23,952 bases of DNA, from assembly GCA_050293845.1 (NCBI GenBank), contig JBNKNM010000073.1:1-23952 (forward strand), given 5' to 3'. Both the position numbers and the translations under genes were made by a program. The notes below the pieces were generated by a model that saw only the letters and a program-made list of their open reading frames with translations, was not told where the DNA came from and ran no database searches. Of this stretch, positions 16,409 through 23,952 are shown piece after piece (within the stretch, counting starts at the first letter, position 1; every line of letters starts with the position of its first letter). The stretch comes from Pseudobacteriovorax sp. (GTDB taxonomy: Bacteria > Bdellovibrionota_B > Oligoflexia > Oligoflexales > Oligoflexaceae).

Positions 16409-16668
16409 TCCTACCTACCCTAATAGTTAAAAGCAAATTGTGTCAAACACGCTCTCCCCTAAAGGTTTTTACCATACGGCCGAAAAAAAGCATGAAGATA
16501 CATTCTTCATTGTGAGTGGGACGAACCTGCTGAGGGTTCTTGCGGAGTGGGAGAGGTGTGCAGGCTCAAGATGAGTCCGATTGCCAAGAGGGCAGTTGCT
16601 CTATCTCCTTACCTTACTCAACAATCAAGCCTATTTGACATTTGTCAACGGCTTCGTAGTCCTACCTA
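16406..16668. repeat. 12-bp direct repeat TAGTCCTACCTA bracketing the rodZ-panC intergenic segment
   Basis: Exact copies at 16406-16417 (including the rodZ stop codon) and 16657-16668. Confidence 0.75.
16483..16654. ncRNA. Candidate structured non-coding RNA, family not recognised
   Basis: Nested and tandem stems seen by eye: ATGAAGA/TCTTCAT, ATTGTGAGT/ACTCAACAAT, GAACC/GGTTC, GGCTC/GAGTC, GATTGCC/GGCAGTT and AAGCC..TTGACA/TGTCAA..GGCTT. Strand unresolved. Confidence 0.35.
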
Positions 16669-16767
16669 TAAAAATTCAATATTATTTCATAAACTTACTT
16701 TCATTGCCTGGACCAGATATACGGTGTAAAACTATTCGGACTGATGGGTTGAAAACTAGGGGATAGC

Positions 16768-17622
16768 ATGGCAATAAAGACATATTTAAGGATTAGCGAG
16801 CTGCAGCAAGCGGTTACAGAAGCCAGAGCTGAGGGTAAGGCTATTGGGTTTGTCCCAACGATGGGTGCTCTGCATGCAGGTCATTTATCCTTAATTGAAA
16901 AGGTACAGCAACACTCCCAATTCATCGTAGTAAGCATTTTTGTAAACCCCAAGCAGTTTGGTCCCCAAGAGGATTTTTCTACCTACCCACGTATGGTAAA
17001 AAGTGATGTGGAAGCTTTGTCTCACTGTGGCGTTGATGCTGTTTTTTTGCCGACAGCCGCTGAAATCTATCCTCAAGGCTTTCAGACTTATGTCAATAAT
17101 ATGGATATGGCTAGCAAATTATGTGGACAGTACCGGGAGAATCACTTTCAAGGTGTATTAACCGTTGTACTAAAGTTATTCCATATCGTCATTCCCGATG
17201 TCGCTGCCTTTGGGAAAAAAGACTATCAGCAGTATAAATTGATCACCCGTATGGCTGTAGATTTTCACCTCCCCGTAAAGATTATCGGTGGTGAAATCGT
17301 CCGAGAAGAGGATGGACTGGCCATGAGCAGCCGCAACTTAAAACTCAATAACCAGGATCGCCAGACCGCTCCCGCACTTTACGCAGCCCTGCAAGCAGCA
17401 AATCATAGGTTCACCACAGGGGAGCGGCATATTGCAACGCTGAAAAAAATCTTTGTTGAAAAATTGCAGAATAGCGCTTTGCAGGTGCAGTATGCTGAGA
17501 TACTCTCGCAAAATTCATTGCAAGACTTTGCATCTGATACCATTGACGAACCTGCGGTTTTTGCGGTTGCTGCTTTTCTAGGTGGAGTGAGATTGATCGA
17601 TAATATAGAGCTAGGACTATGA
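16768..17622 (+). CDS. panC: Pantoate--beta-alanine ligase
   Basis: Motifs GFVPTMGALHAGHLSL, SIFVNPKQF, HFQGV, FGKKDYQQ, REEDGLAMSSRN and RLIDN. Confidence 0.97.
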   Translation: MAIKTYLRISELQQAVTEARAEGKAIGFVPTMGALHAGHLSLIEKVQQHSQFIVVSIFVNPKQFGPQEDFSTYPRMVKSDVEALSHCGVDAVFLPTAAEIYPQGFQTYVNNMDMASKLCGQYRENHFQGVLTVVLKLFHIVIPDVAAFGKKDYQQYKLITRMAVDFHLPVKIIGGEIVREEDGLAMSSRNLKLNNQDRQTAPALYAALQAANHRFTTGERHIATLKKIFVEKLQNSALQVQYAEILSQNSLQDFASDTIDEPAVFAVAAFLGGVRLIDNIELGL

Positions 17623-20090
17623 AAATGAGCTTCATTAACTACCGAATTTCGCAGCTTTGGACGCTTATTTTAAGACCTATGATGCTATGGATAGTCAGTA
17701 AAGCGACACCAGATAATCCTCATTCTGTATTAGGTCAAATAGACGGTCATATTATCTATGCTTTACCCAAACGCTCTTATTTAGATCGCCTAGTCCTCAG
17801 GTCAATGTGCCGAAAGCACCGCTTGCCAATTCCTGAGTACGAACTTGACATTACCAAAAAAAATTCTGCAGCATTACTTTTTGTCAATCAGAGCGGAGCC
17901 TTTCGTAGCAAAAAATCCCTTAAACCGCACAGCGGTTTGGTGGAATTGATCAAACTGCAGAAAAAAAATCCTGACAGACCCATCTATATTGCCCCCATTT
18001 CCCCATTCTGGGGAAAAAATCCAGGTCGGGAAGAAAACTCCGTATGGAAATTAATTTTTAACGACGATGAAAACGCAGGATGGCTGCAAAGGTCTTTGAT
18101 CGTACTCTTCCAAGGCCGCAATAACTTTGTTTACTTCTCCCCCCCCATCCGCCTGAGTGGTAATCAAGAAACTGATGCTGATGTGGAGCGGGATGCGCGC
18201 AAGCTGAAGCGGGTACTAAGAATTCACTTTCGACGACAACGAAATACAGTTCTCGGTAAAGAACTCTATATTCGCGAACATGTCATTTCGCGAGTGGCCC
18301 GAGGGCATCTGGTTCGCGAAGAAATCGAAACGGAGATCAAGAAAAAAAATACTCGCAACACACTCAGAGGCTTGGAGACACGAGCGCGGCGTTATGCGCG
18401 AGAATTAGCTGCCGACCAACGCTATTCTATCGTGCGTATGTTCGAGATTATTCTATCCAGACTTTGGAATAAATTATTCGATGGTGTCGAGATCAAAAAC
18501 TTAGAAAATGTTCGTCGTTTTGCAGAAAAAGACTATGAAATAGTATATATTCCCACCCATCGTAGTCACCTGGACTATCTGCTGACAAGCTATACTATTT
18601 ATCGCAGTGGCATGCCCTGTCCTCATATTGCTGCTGGTATCAATCTTAATTTCTGGCCGATCGGCTGGTTCTTGAGACGTGCAGGAGCTTTCTATATCAG
18701 AAGATCCTTTAAGGGAAACCGCTTATACACTACCATTGTCAATGAGTACATTCACTATCTTCTCACCCATGGTTATCCTATCACCTTTTTCCCTGAAGGC
18801 GGAAGAAGTCGCACCGGAAAGTTGCTGCCCCTGAAAACTGGTATGCTAGCCATGGTCGTTCATAGCTTTATCCGTAGTCACCAACGGCCCGTAGCGCTAG
18901 TCCCGGTTTACTTGGGTTACGACAAAATCATGGAAGTCAGCAGCTATATGAAGGAGTTAAGTGGTAAAAGTAAGAAAAAAGAATCAGCCTTAGCGCTGCT
19001 GCGTGCTCGAAAGTTCCTCAACCTGTATTATGGCAAAGCCTATGTGTCATATGGAGAACCCATTATACTTGGTGATTTTTTCGACCAGCATCAAGCTAAT
19101 TGGAAAGAGTCTAAGGATGATCTCAAGCGTCCTGAATGGATGCCTAACCTAGTTCAGAATTTAGCTGAAGAAATTGCAGTTCGCATGAACCAGTCTACAG
19201 TAGCAAATCCCATTTCTCTGGTCGCCTTGGGACTTCTTTCAACTCCTCAAAAGGCTTTATCTAAGGATGACTTGGTTAATTTCATGGATATGATAGTCGA
19301 GCTAAATGCTAAGAATCCATTTAGCGAAAACACCACATTTCTCGGACAAACGGGTGAGCAAATACTGGCAGCAGCAGATCAGTTGAACATGTTTTCCAAC
19401 TTCCAGCATGTGGGTGGAGATGTCTTACACTTAAAGGATATTGAGGGTATTCTTATTTCCTATTATCGAAATAATATATTGCACTTAGTGGCACTCCCCT
19501 CATTGATTGCGCGTTTTTTCCAATACCAGGTGCGCGTAGAGGTGGAGGAACTCATCACGGGATGTGCAGAAATATATCCTTTCCTCAAGGAAGAGTTCTT
19601 TTTATCGTGGCCAGAAGACTCCATCCGGGAAGTCATTCTGAATTACATAAACACCATGATTGAGCTTGGTATGATCGTGGAAGATAACGATCGATCCCTG
19701 CATAAACCAGTGCCTTCCTACGATCAGTCTGTAAACCTCAATATCTTGGGTAATTGTTTGGGCCTCACCTTTGAAAGATATACTATTACTGCAGCTATTT
19801 TGTCTCGCCATACGGCCCATGGCTATGTCGAAGAAAAAGCCTTTGAACTCCAATGCCAAAAAATGGCACAACGCCTAGCCATCCTCAATGGTATCCATAA
19901 CCCTGAATTTGCTGAGAAATCTTTTATAAATAAGCATGTTCAGATGCTTAAAAAGAAAAAACTACTGATTCCTTCTGACAATGGCCACCTTAAAGTTGAC
20001 AAGAGGGTAGCTCGTTTGGCTAATAGTTCTATGAAATTGCTCAGCCATGATGCCCGTCATAGTATCGACAGAATATTTGCGAGCAAGTAA
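17619..20090 (+). CDS. plsB: Glycerol-3-phosphate 1-O-acyltransferase
   Basis: Motifs THRSHLDY (HxxxxD), PHIAAGINL, GAFYIRRSF and FFPEGGRSRTG. Full length at 823 aa, with an ATGA overlap with panC. Confidence 0.95.
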   Translation: MKMSFINYRISQLWTLILRPMMLWIVSKATPDNPHSVLGQIDGHIIYALPKRSYLDRLVLRSMCRKHRLPIPEYELDITKKNSAALLFVNQSGAFRSKKSLKPHSGLVELIKLQKKNPDRPIYIAPISPFWGKNPGREENSVWKLIFNDDENAGWLQRSLIVLFQGRNNFVYFSPPIRLSGNQETDADVERDARKLKRVLRIHFRRQRNTVLGKELYIREHVISRVARGHLVREEIETEIKKKNTRNTLRGLETRARRYARELAADQRYSIVRMFEIILSRLWNKLFDGVEIKNLENVRRFAEKDYEIVYIPTHRSHLDYLLTSYTIYRSGMPCPHIAAGINLNFWPIGWFLRRAGAFYIRRSFKGNRLYTTIVNEYIHYLLTHGYPITFFPEGGRSRTGKLLPLKTGMLAMVVHSFIRSHQRPVALVPVYLGYDKIMEVSSYMKELSGKSKKKESALALLRARKFLNLYYGKAYVSYGEPIILGDFFDQHQANWKESKDDLKRPEWMPNLVQNLAEEIAVRMNQSTVANPISLVALGLLSTPQKALSKDDLVNFMDMIVELNAKNPFSENTTFLGQTGEQILAAADQLNMFSNFQHVGGDVLHLKDIEGILISYYRNNILHLVALPSLIARFFQYQVRVEVEELITGCAEIYPFLKEEFFLSWPEDSIREVILNYINTMIELGMIVEDNDRSLHKPVPSYDQSVNLNILGNCLGLTFERYTITAAILSRHTAHGYVEEKAFELQCQKMAQRLAILNGIHNPEFAEKSFINKHVQMLKKKKLLIPSDNGHLKVDKRVARLANSSMKLLSHDARHSIDRIFASK

Positions 20091-21257
20091 ATGGCGCGAT
20101 GGAAATATGATAAAAACAAAGACGACAAGTATTTTAAGTATGACAAAATTCGTCGTGGAAAAGATAAACGTAAAAAATCCAAAGGCGATCATGAGCAGTT
20201 CGTATTAAGTGAAGACCAGTGGGAAAAAAATTCCGAATGGTTTCGGGCGCGTGTCGTTGAAGTTCACAAGCGCTATGCTTTTGTTTCTCCCCAAGATGAT
20301 CAGGGCTGTATTAATACCCGCGATGTTTGGCTGGCAACCGTAGCCAGAAAATATCTTCAAAGCAAAAGAACGGAGCGGAACTCTATTGCAGTAGGAGACA
20401 TTGTATACTGCCGCCCCACTAATGAGCGTGAGGCAAATGTTAGCACTGATATTCCTTGCTGTGTGATCATCAATGCAACGCCACGCTCATCTGAAATCTC
20501 CCGCCGTGACCCGACATCTCAAGATCGAAGACATATCCTGGCAGCTAATGTCGATCAACTCCTTATTGTAGCCAGCTACCAAAGCCCTATGGTGAAATGG
20601 GGCTTGGTCGACCGCTACTTAGTTCTGGCGGAAGAACAAAGCATTGAGCCTATTATAGTACTTAACAAAGCCGACCTCCTGCAGGAGCAAAGCGGCGCAT
20701 TCAGAGAGAAGTGCCTCGAAGAAATCATCACCTATCGGGAACTAGGTTATAAGGTATATACTGTCTCTGTGCTGACCCAAAGCGATGACCCCCAAATTGC
20801 CACCATTGGAGAGCTTCTCAGTGGCAAAATTACCATTCTTAGTGGTCACTCCGGTGTCGGCAAATCTTCCCTTGTCAATTTATTTCGCCCGGAAATAGTG
20901 CAGGAAGTAGAGCCGGACGCTGATATCTTTTATAAGGGACGTCATACAACCACCTATGCAAGCTTTATCCAGCTAGCTTCAGGGGGTTATGTGGTCGATA
21001 CACCTGGCATCCGTAGTTTTCTCTTAGGAGAGCGCAGTGCTGTAGACTTAACTCATTCTTTCCGCGATTTTAGACCCTTTATGGGCCAGTGTAAATTTAG
21101 GGAATGCCGTCATATCGATGAGCCAGATTGTGCTGTTTTGCAGGCCTTGCATAACGGGAAAATAAAGAATAGAAGGTACCAGTCCTATAAAGGGCTATTA
21201 CTTGGAGATACGGGGCGTGAAGGCCGCACCCGAGATGATGAACTATCTAAAACCTAA
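20091..21257 (+). CDS. rsgA: Ribosome small subunit-dependent GTPase A
   Basis: Circularly permuted GTPase motifs NKAD, GHSGVGKS, GRHTTT and DTPG, a zinc finger CKFRECRHIDEPDC, and an OB-fold with AVGD. Confidence 0.95.
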   Translation: MARWKYDKNKDDKYFKYDKIRRGKDKRKKSKGDHEQFVLSEDQWEKNSEWFRARVVEVHKRYAFVSPQDDQGCINTRDVWLATVARKYLQSKRTERNSIAVGDIVYCRPTNEREANVSTDIPCCVIINATPRSSEISRRDPTSQDRRHILAANVDQLLIVASYQSPMVKWGLVDRYLVLAEEQSIEPIIVLNKADLLQEQSGAFREKCLEEIITYRELGYKVYTVSVLTQSDDPQIATIGELLSGKITILSGHSGVGKSSLVNLFRPEIVQEVEPDADIFYKGRHTTTYASFIQLASGGYVVDTPGIRSFLLGERSAVDLTHSFRDFRPFMGQCKFRECRHIDEPDCAVLQALHNGKIKNRRYQSYKGLLLGDTGREGRTRDDELSKT

Positions 21258-21267
21258 GGGGTGATCC

Positions 21268-22428
21268 ATGACATATTCTTATGAAGAGAGTGACGAGTTA
21301 AAAATGCTACGAGAGTCCATAAGGGACTTTGCGACAAAAGAAATTGCCCCCATCGCAGCAGAGCTTGATGAAAAAGAGGAGTTCTCCTACGAGCTTACTA
21401 AAAAAATGGGGGAACTAGGCCTTTTCGGCACTATTATCCCTTCTCAGTACGGTGGCCAAGGTATGGATTATATCCAGTATGTGGTTGCCGTCGAAGAGCT
21501 GGCCCGCATCGATGGCTCCCAAGCAGCAACCATTGCTGCTCACAATTCTCTAGGAGCCGGCCCCCTTTACTATTATGGCAACGAGGAACAAAAACAGCAC
21601 TTCTTACCAGGCCTATGCGACGGAACAGGCATGTGGGCCTTTGGTTTGACTGAACCTGAGGCCGGTAGCGATGCTCAAGCTAGCAAGACAAAAGCTGTTT
21701 ACGATCCCAGCAATGACGAATGGGTGATCAATGGCTCTAAAATATGGATCACCAATAGTGCCTGCGACCTCACCCAGGGTATTACAGTCCAAGCTGTAAC
21801 CGGAACTAAAGACAATGGTCGCCCCGAGTTATCTTGCTTTATCGTACCAGCCGATACTAAAGGACTCACCCGAAAGACCATGCATGGCAAAATGATGTGG
21901 AGATCTTCTAATACAGGTGAATTGTATTTTGATAACCTTCGCGTTCCCGCAAAAAATATGCTCGGCGAGCGGGGACAAGGATTCAAGATTATGATGGAAA
22001 CCCTAGACAATGGGCGACTTTCCATAGGAGCCATGGGTCTTGGTCTTGCTAAGGGAGCCCTTGCCTTAACTCTAAAATATGCTCAAGAACGACAAACCTT
22101 TGGGAAGACCATCGCCAAACACCAGGCTGTAGGCTTTAAACTCGCGGAAATGGCGACGAGAATCGAAGCTGCCGAAGGTTTACTCTATAAAGCTGCATGG
22201 CTCAAACAGCACCAGAAACCATTCCAGAAACATGCAGCTATGGCAAAACTGTATTGTTCTGAAGTTGCTGAATACTGCGCCCGTGAAGGCCAGCAAACAT
22301 TTGGAGGCTATGGCCTTATGAAGGAATATCCCATCGAAAGGCACTATCGCGATGCCGCTCTTTTAAGAATTGGTGAGGGAACTAGCGAAATCCAACGTTT
22401 GGTTATCTCTCGCTACCTGGGATGTTAG
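21268..22428 (+). CDS. Acyl-CoA dehydrogenase
   Basis: Motifs FGLTEPEAGSDA, NGSKIWITN, LDNGRLSIGA, RQTFGK, FGGYG and YRDAALLRIGEGTSEIQR. Confidence 0.95.
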   Translation: MTYSYEESDELKMLRESIRDFATKEIAPIAAELDEKEEFSYELTKKMGELGLFGTIIPSQYGGQGMDYIQYVVAVEELARIDGSQAATIAAHNSLGAGPLYYYGNEEQKQHFLPGLCDGTGMWAFGLTEPEAGSDAQASKTKAVYDPSNDEWVINGSKIWITNSACDLTQGITVQAVTGTKDNGRPELSCFIVPADTKGLTRKTMHGKMMWRSSNTGELYFDNLRVPAKNMLGERGQGFKIMMETLDNGRLSIGAMGLGLAKGALALTLKYAQERQTFGKTIAKHQAVGFKLAEMATRIEAAEGLLYKAAWLKQHQKPFQKHAAMAKLYCSEVAEYCAREGQQTFGGYGLMKEYPIERHYRDAALLRIGEGTSEIQRLVISRYLGC

Positions 22429-23399
22429 TGAAGCAAAACATAGCAATCATCTTATTGTTTCTGCTAATGCAGCAAGGGTGTACTTTGCTGCAACTCAAGC
22501 AGTTTTCTGCAACCTACCAACGTTCCTTTGCTTTTTCTACGGTGTCATTATTTAATCAAAGGATTGCTCCTCCTTCCCCCCACAAAAATTGGAAGGGGGA
22601 CTGGCTCTTTAGAAGAAGTAGATTGGAACTGCTAGATCAGGAGTTACTTAACAATCGCCCCGACCTCTTGGTTTTTCAACAATTGATGCAAAGACGTGGT
22701 AGTCCTACTGAGTCAGATAAAAGTATACTAGGTTATGGTTCCTTAGATGGGCACCAGTGGAGCCTTAGAAAGGTCCGAAGCTATGAAGATACCCAAGAAG
22801 ATCAGTACCTTGCATTTGCCATCAGCCCCCCTATCAAACGCGGACATAACTTGCAACCGTCACCAGTTCAAGAATTAGGGGAAGATGGGTTCGCAGCTGC
22901 TGTACCATTCATTTTAGAAAGCCAGCGATTTCTTGTTGTAAACATAGAAATGCCCGCATTGAATCATAGCTCCTCAGATACTTGGTACCCTCTCCTTCAG
23001 CATTACATCAATGCCAATCTAGAAAGATATGGGATTTGTCAGGACCGACTTATTGTAGCTGGTTATTTTCCCAAAAAGCAAAACTCCCAAGCTTTTGATG
23101 AATTTTTAAGCAGTTTAAAACTCAAAGACTCTGCCGATGGTTACTGTGAGTTGGCCACAGATTGTGAGACCAGTTCCCAAGATAACGATTTATTACGTAT
23201 TACCAATCCAGAGTTTACAAGGACCTATGTAGACAGGGTCCTCGTTCCGACAAGTGCCCTCATATATAATGGGAAAATTGCTTTTAACAAATCATCCCAG
23301 GAAAGTGCTGAGTTCAAAAAATATGGAATAGACAGAGTTTGGCCTACTAGGCGTTTCGGATGGACAACAACACTGAGACTAAGAACCTGTAATGACTAA
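22422..23399 (+). CDS. Putative lipoprotein with a degenerate endonuclease/exonuclease/phosphatase (EEP)-like fold
   Basis: Signal peptide ending QQGC. The ordered segments RPDLLVFQQ, VVNIEM, IVAGYF, LKDS and YVDRVLV match the EEP motif layout but with substituted catalytic residues. The start may be GTG 22428. Confidence 0.6.
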   Translation: MLVKQNIAIILLFLLMQQGCTLLQLKQFSATYQRSFAFSTVSLFNQRIAPPSPHKNWKGDWLFRRSRLELLDQELLNNRPDLLVFQQLMQRRGSPTESDKSILGYGSLDGHQWSLRKVRSYEDTQEDQYLAFAISPPIKRGHNLQPSPVQELGEDGFAAAVPFILESQRFLVVNIEMPALNHSSSDTWYPLLQHYINANLERYGICQDRLIVAGYFPKKQNSQAFDEFLSSLKLKDSADGYCELATDCETSSQDNDLLRITNPEFTRTYVDRVLVPTSALIYNGKIAFNKSSQESAEFKKYGIDRVWPTRRFGWTTTLRLRTCND

Positions 23400-23761
23400 G
23401 ATAAGTGCGGAAAAATCTTATCGACAAGCCTTTCAGGATCTAGAAACGGTTTGAACAGGATATCGCAAGCCCCCGCGCCCAATGCAGCCTGTACCTTAGG
23501 ATGCTCACTATCGTGACCAGTGCTTACAAATAAGGCCGTCTTTTTCTTTAGCGCTATGACTTCTCGAATGATAGTCAGGCCATTAGTATCAGGCATTTCT
23601 AGATCTGTGATAATCCCATCATATGACTTCTCTCGGATCAGATCTAAAGCTTGCTTACCGCTAGAGACAAATTCACAGTCAAAGTCATTCTCCAACAAGG
23701 TCGCCAAAATTTCGCCAATATCCTCTTCATCGTCAACAATCAGTAGGTTTTTTCTTGGCAT
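23396..23761 (-). CDS. Single-domain response regulator (CheY-like receiver)
   Basis: LLIVDDE, phospho-acceptor Asp in IITDLEMP, STG and KPF. No output domain. RBS GGGAG upstream. Confidence 0.9.
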   Translation of the reverse strand: MPRKNLLIVDDEEDIGEILATLLENDFDCEFVSSGKQALDLIREKSYDGIITDLEMPDTNGLTIIREVIALKKKTALFVSTGHDSEHPKVQAALGAGACDILFKPFLDPERLVDKIFPHLS

Positions 23762-23822
23762 TTTTACTGCTCCCTCACTATCCGCCTCCTAAAATATTAG
23801 CTAGTTTATATGTTTATGTCTG

Positions 23823-23951
23823 CTACTTTTTAATTTTATAGCTAATACCCAAGGCTGCTTCAAAACCATGCAGACGATTTGTCTTAGTTCCGCGCCAACG
23901 ATCGACTCGTAACCAGTACAACCAAGACCCTGCCACATGGCTAAGCTTCGC
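23823..23951 (-). CDS. C-terminal fragment of an upstream gene, truncated by the window edge; possibly an outer-membrane beta-barrel
   Basis: Manual translation gives AKLSHVAGSWLYWLRVDRWRGTKTNRLHGFEAALGISYKIKK*. The alternating final strand (ALGISYKI) resembles beta-barrel C-termini. Confidence 0.4.
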   Translation of the reverse strand, partial: AKLSHVAGSWLYWLRVDRWRGTKTNRLHGFEAALGISYKIKK

Positions 23952-23952
23952 T

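Noticed and set aside
16483..16654. Assignment of the structured segment as 6S, SRP, tmRNA, tRNA-Sec or a glycine riboswitch
   Set aside because: Diagnostic motifs or lengths are missing: no SRP GGAA-loop domain, no T-loop or CCA, GGAGAG without CCGAAG, and too short internally for 6S.
16547..16766. Two ~60-aa ORFs in the rodZ-panC gap
   Set aside because: Non-ATG starts, overlap with the hairpin-rich segment, and no protein-like features.
1..23952. CRISPR arrays, rRNA, prophage, recognisable defence or biosynthetic clusters
   Set aside because: No regularly spaced repeats or corresponding protein motifs were seen on reading the window.

Overview
Gene-dense bacterial chromosomal region, mostly housekeeping. 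The gene set suggests a delta-proteobacterial or Bdellovibrionota/Oligoflexia-like organism, but that is a weak inference. From left to right: the 3' tail of a probable rve integrase-core/transposase gene beside the 3' end of tRNA-Pro(TGG), a stand-alone MnmC-type methyltransferase, an ABC-2 exporter pair, an FAD oxidoreductase, folD, a DUF2058 protein, a CAP-domain protein, an acyl-CoA dehydrogenase, two unknown coiled-coil proteins, hemE, a Sua5/YciO-family gene, lipB, a small Cys-rich protein, an S41 protease (ctpA) with an upstream TPR lipoprotein, a RodZ-like protein, then panC-plsB-rsgA-acyl-CoA dehydrogenase-EEP-like lipoprotein, and an orphan receiver-domain protein. No CRISPR array or rRNA was seen, and no complete novel system can be demonstrated from sequence alone. 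The best leads are: (1) a ~260 bp highly structured rodZ-panC intergenic segment bracketed by a 12-bp direct repeat; (2) a possible tRNA-adjacent mobile element boundary at the left edge; (3) an apparently catalytically dead EEP-fold lipoprotein; (4) a TPR lipoprotein-CtpA pair; (5) a Sua5/YciO protein with degenerate motifs; (6) an abutting pair of unknown coiled-coil proteins.
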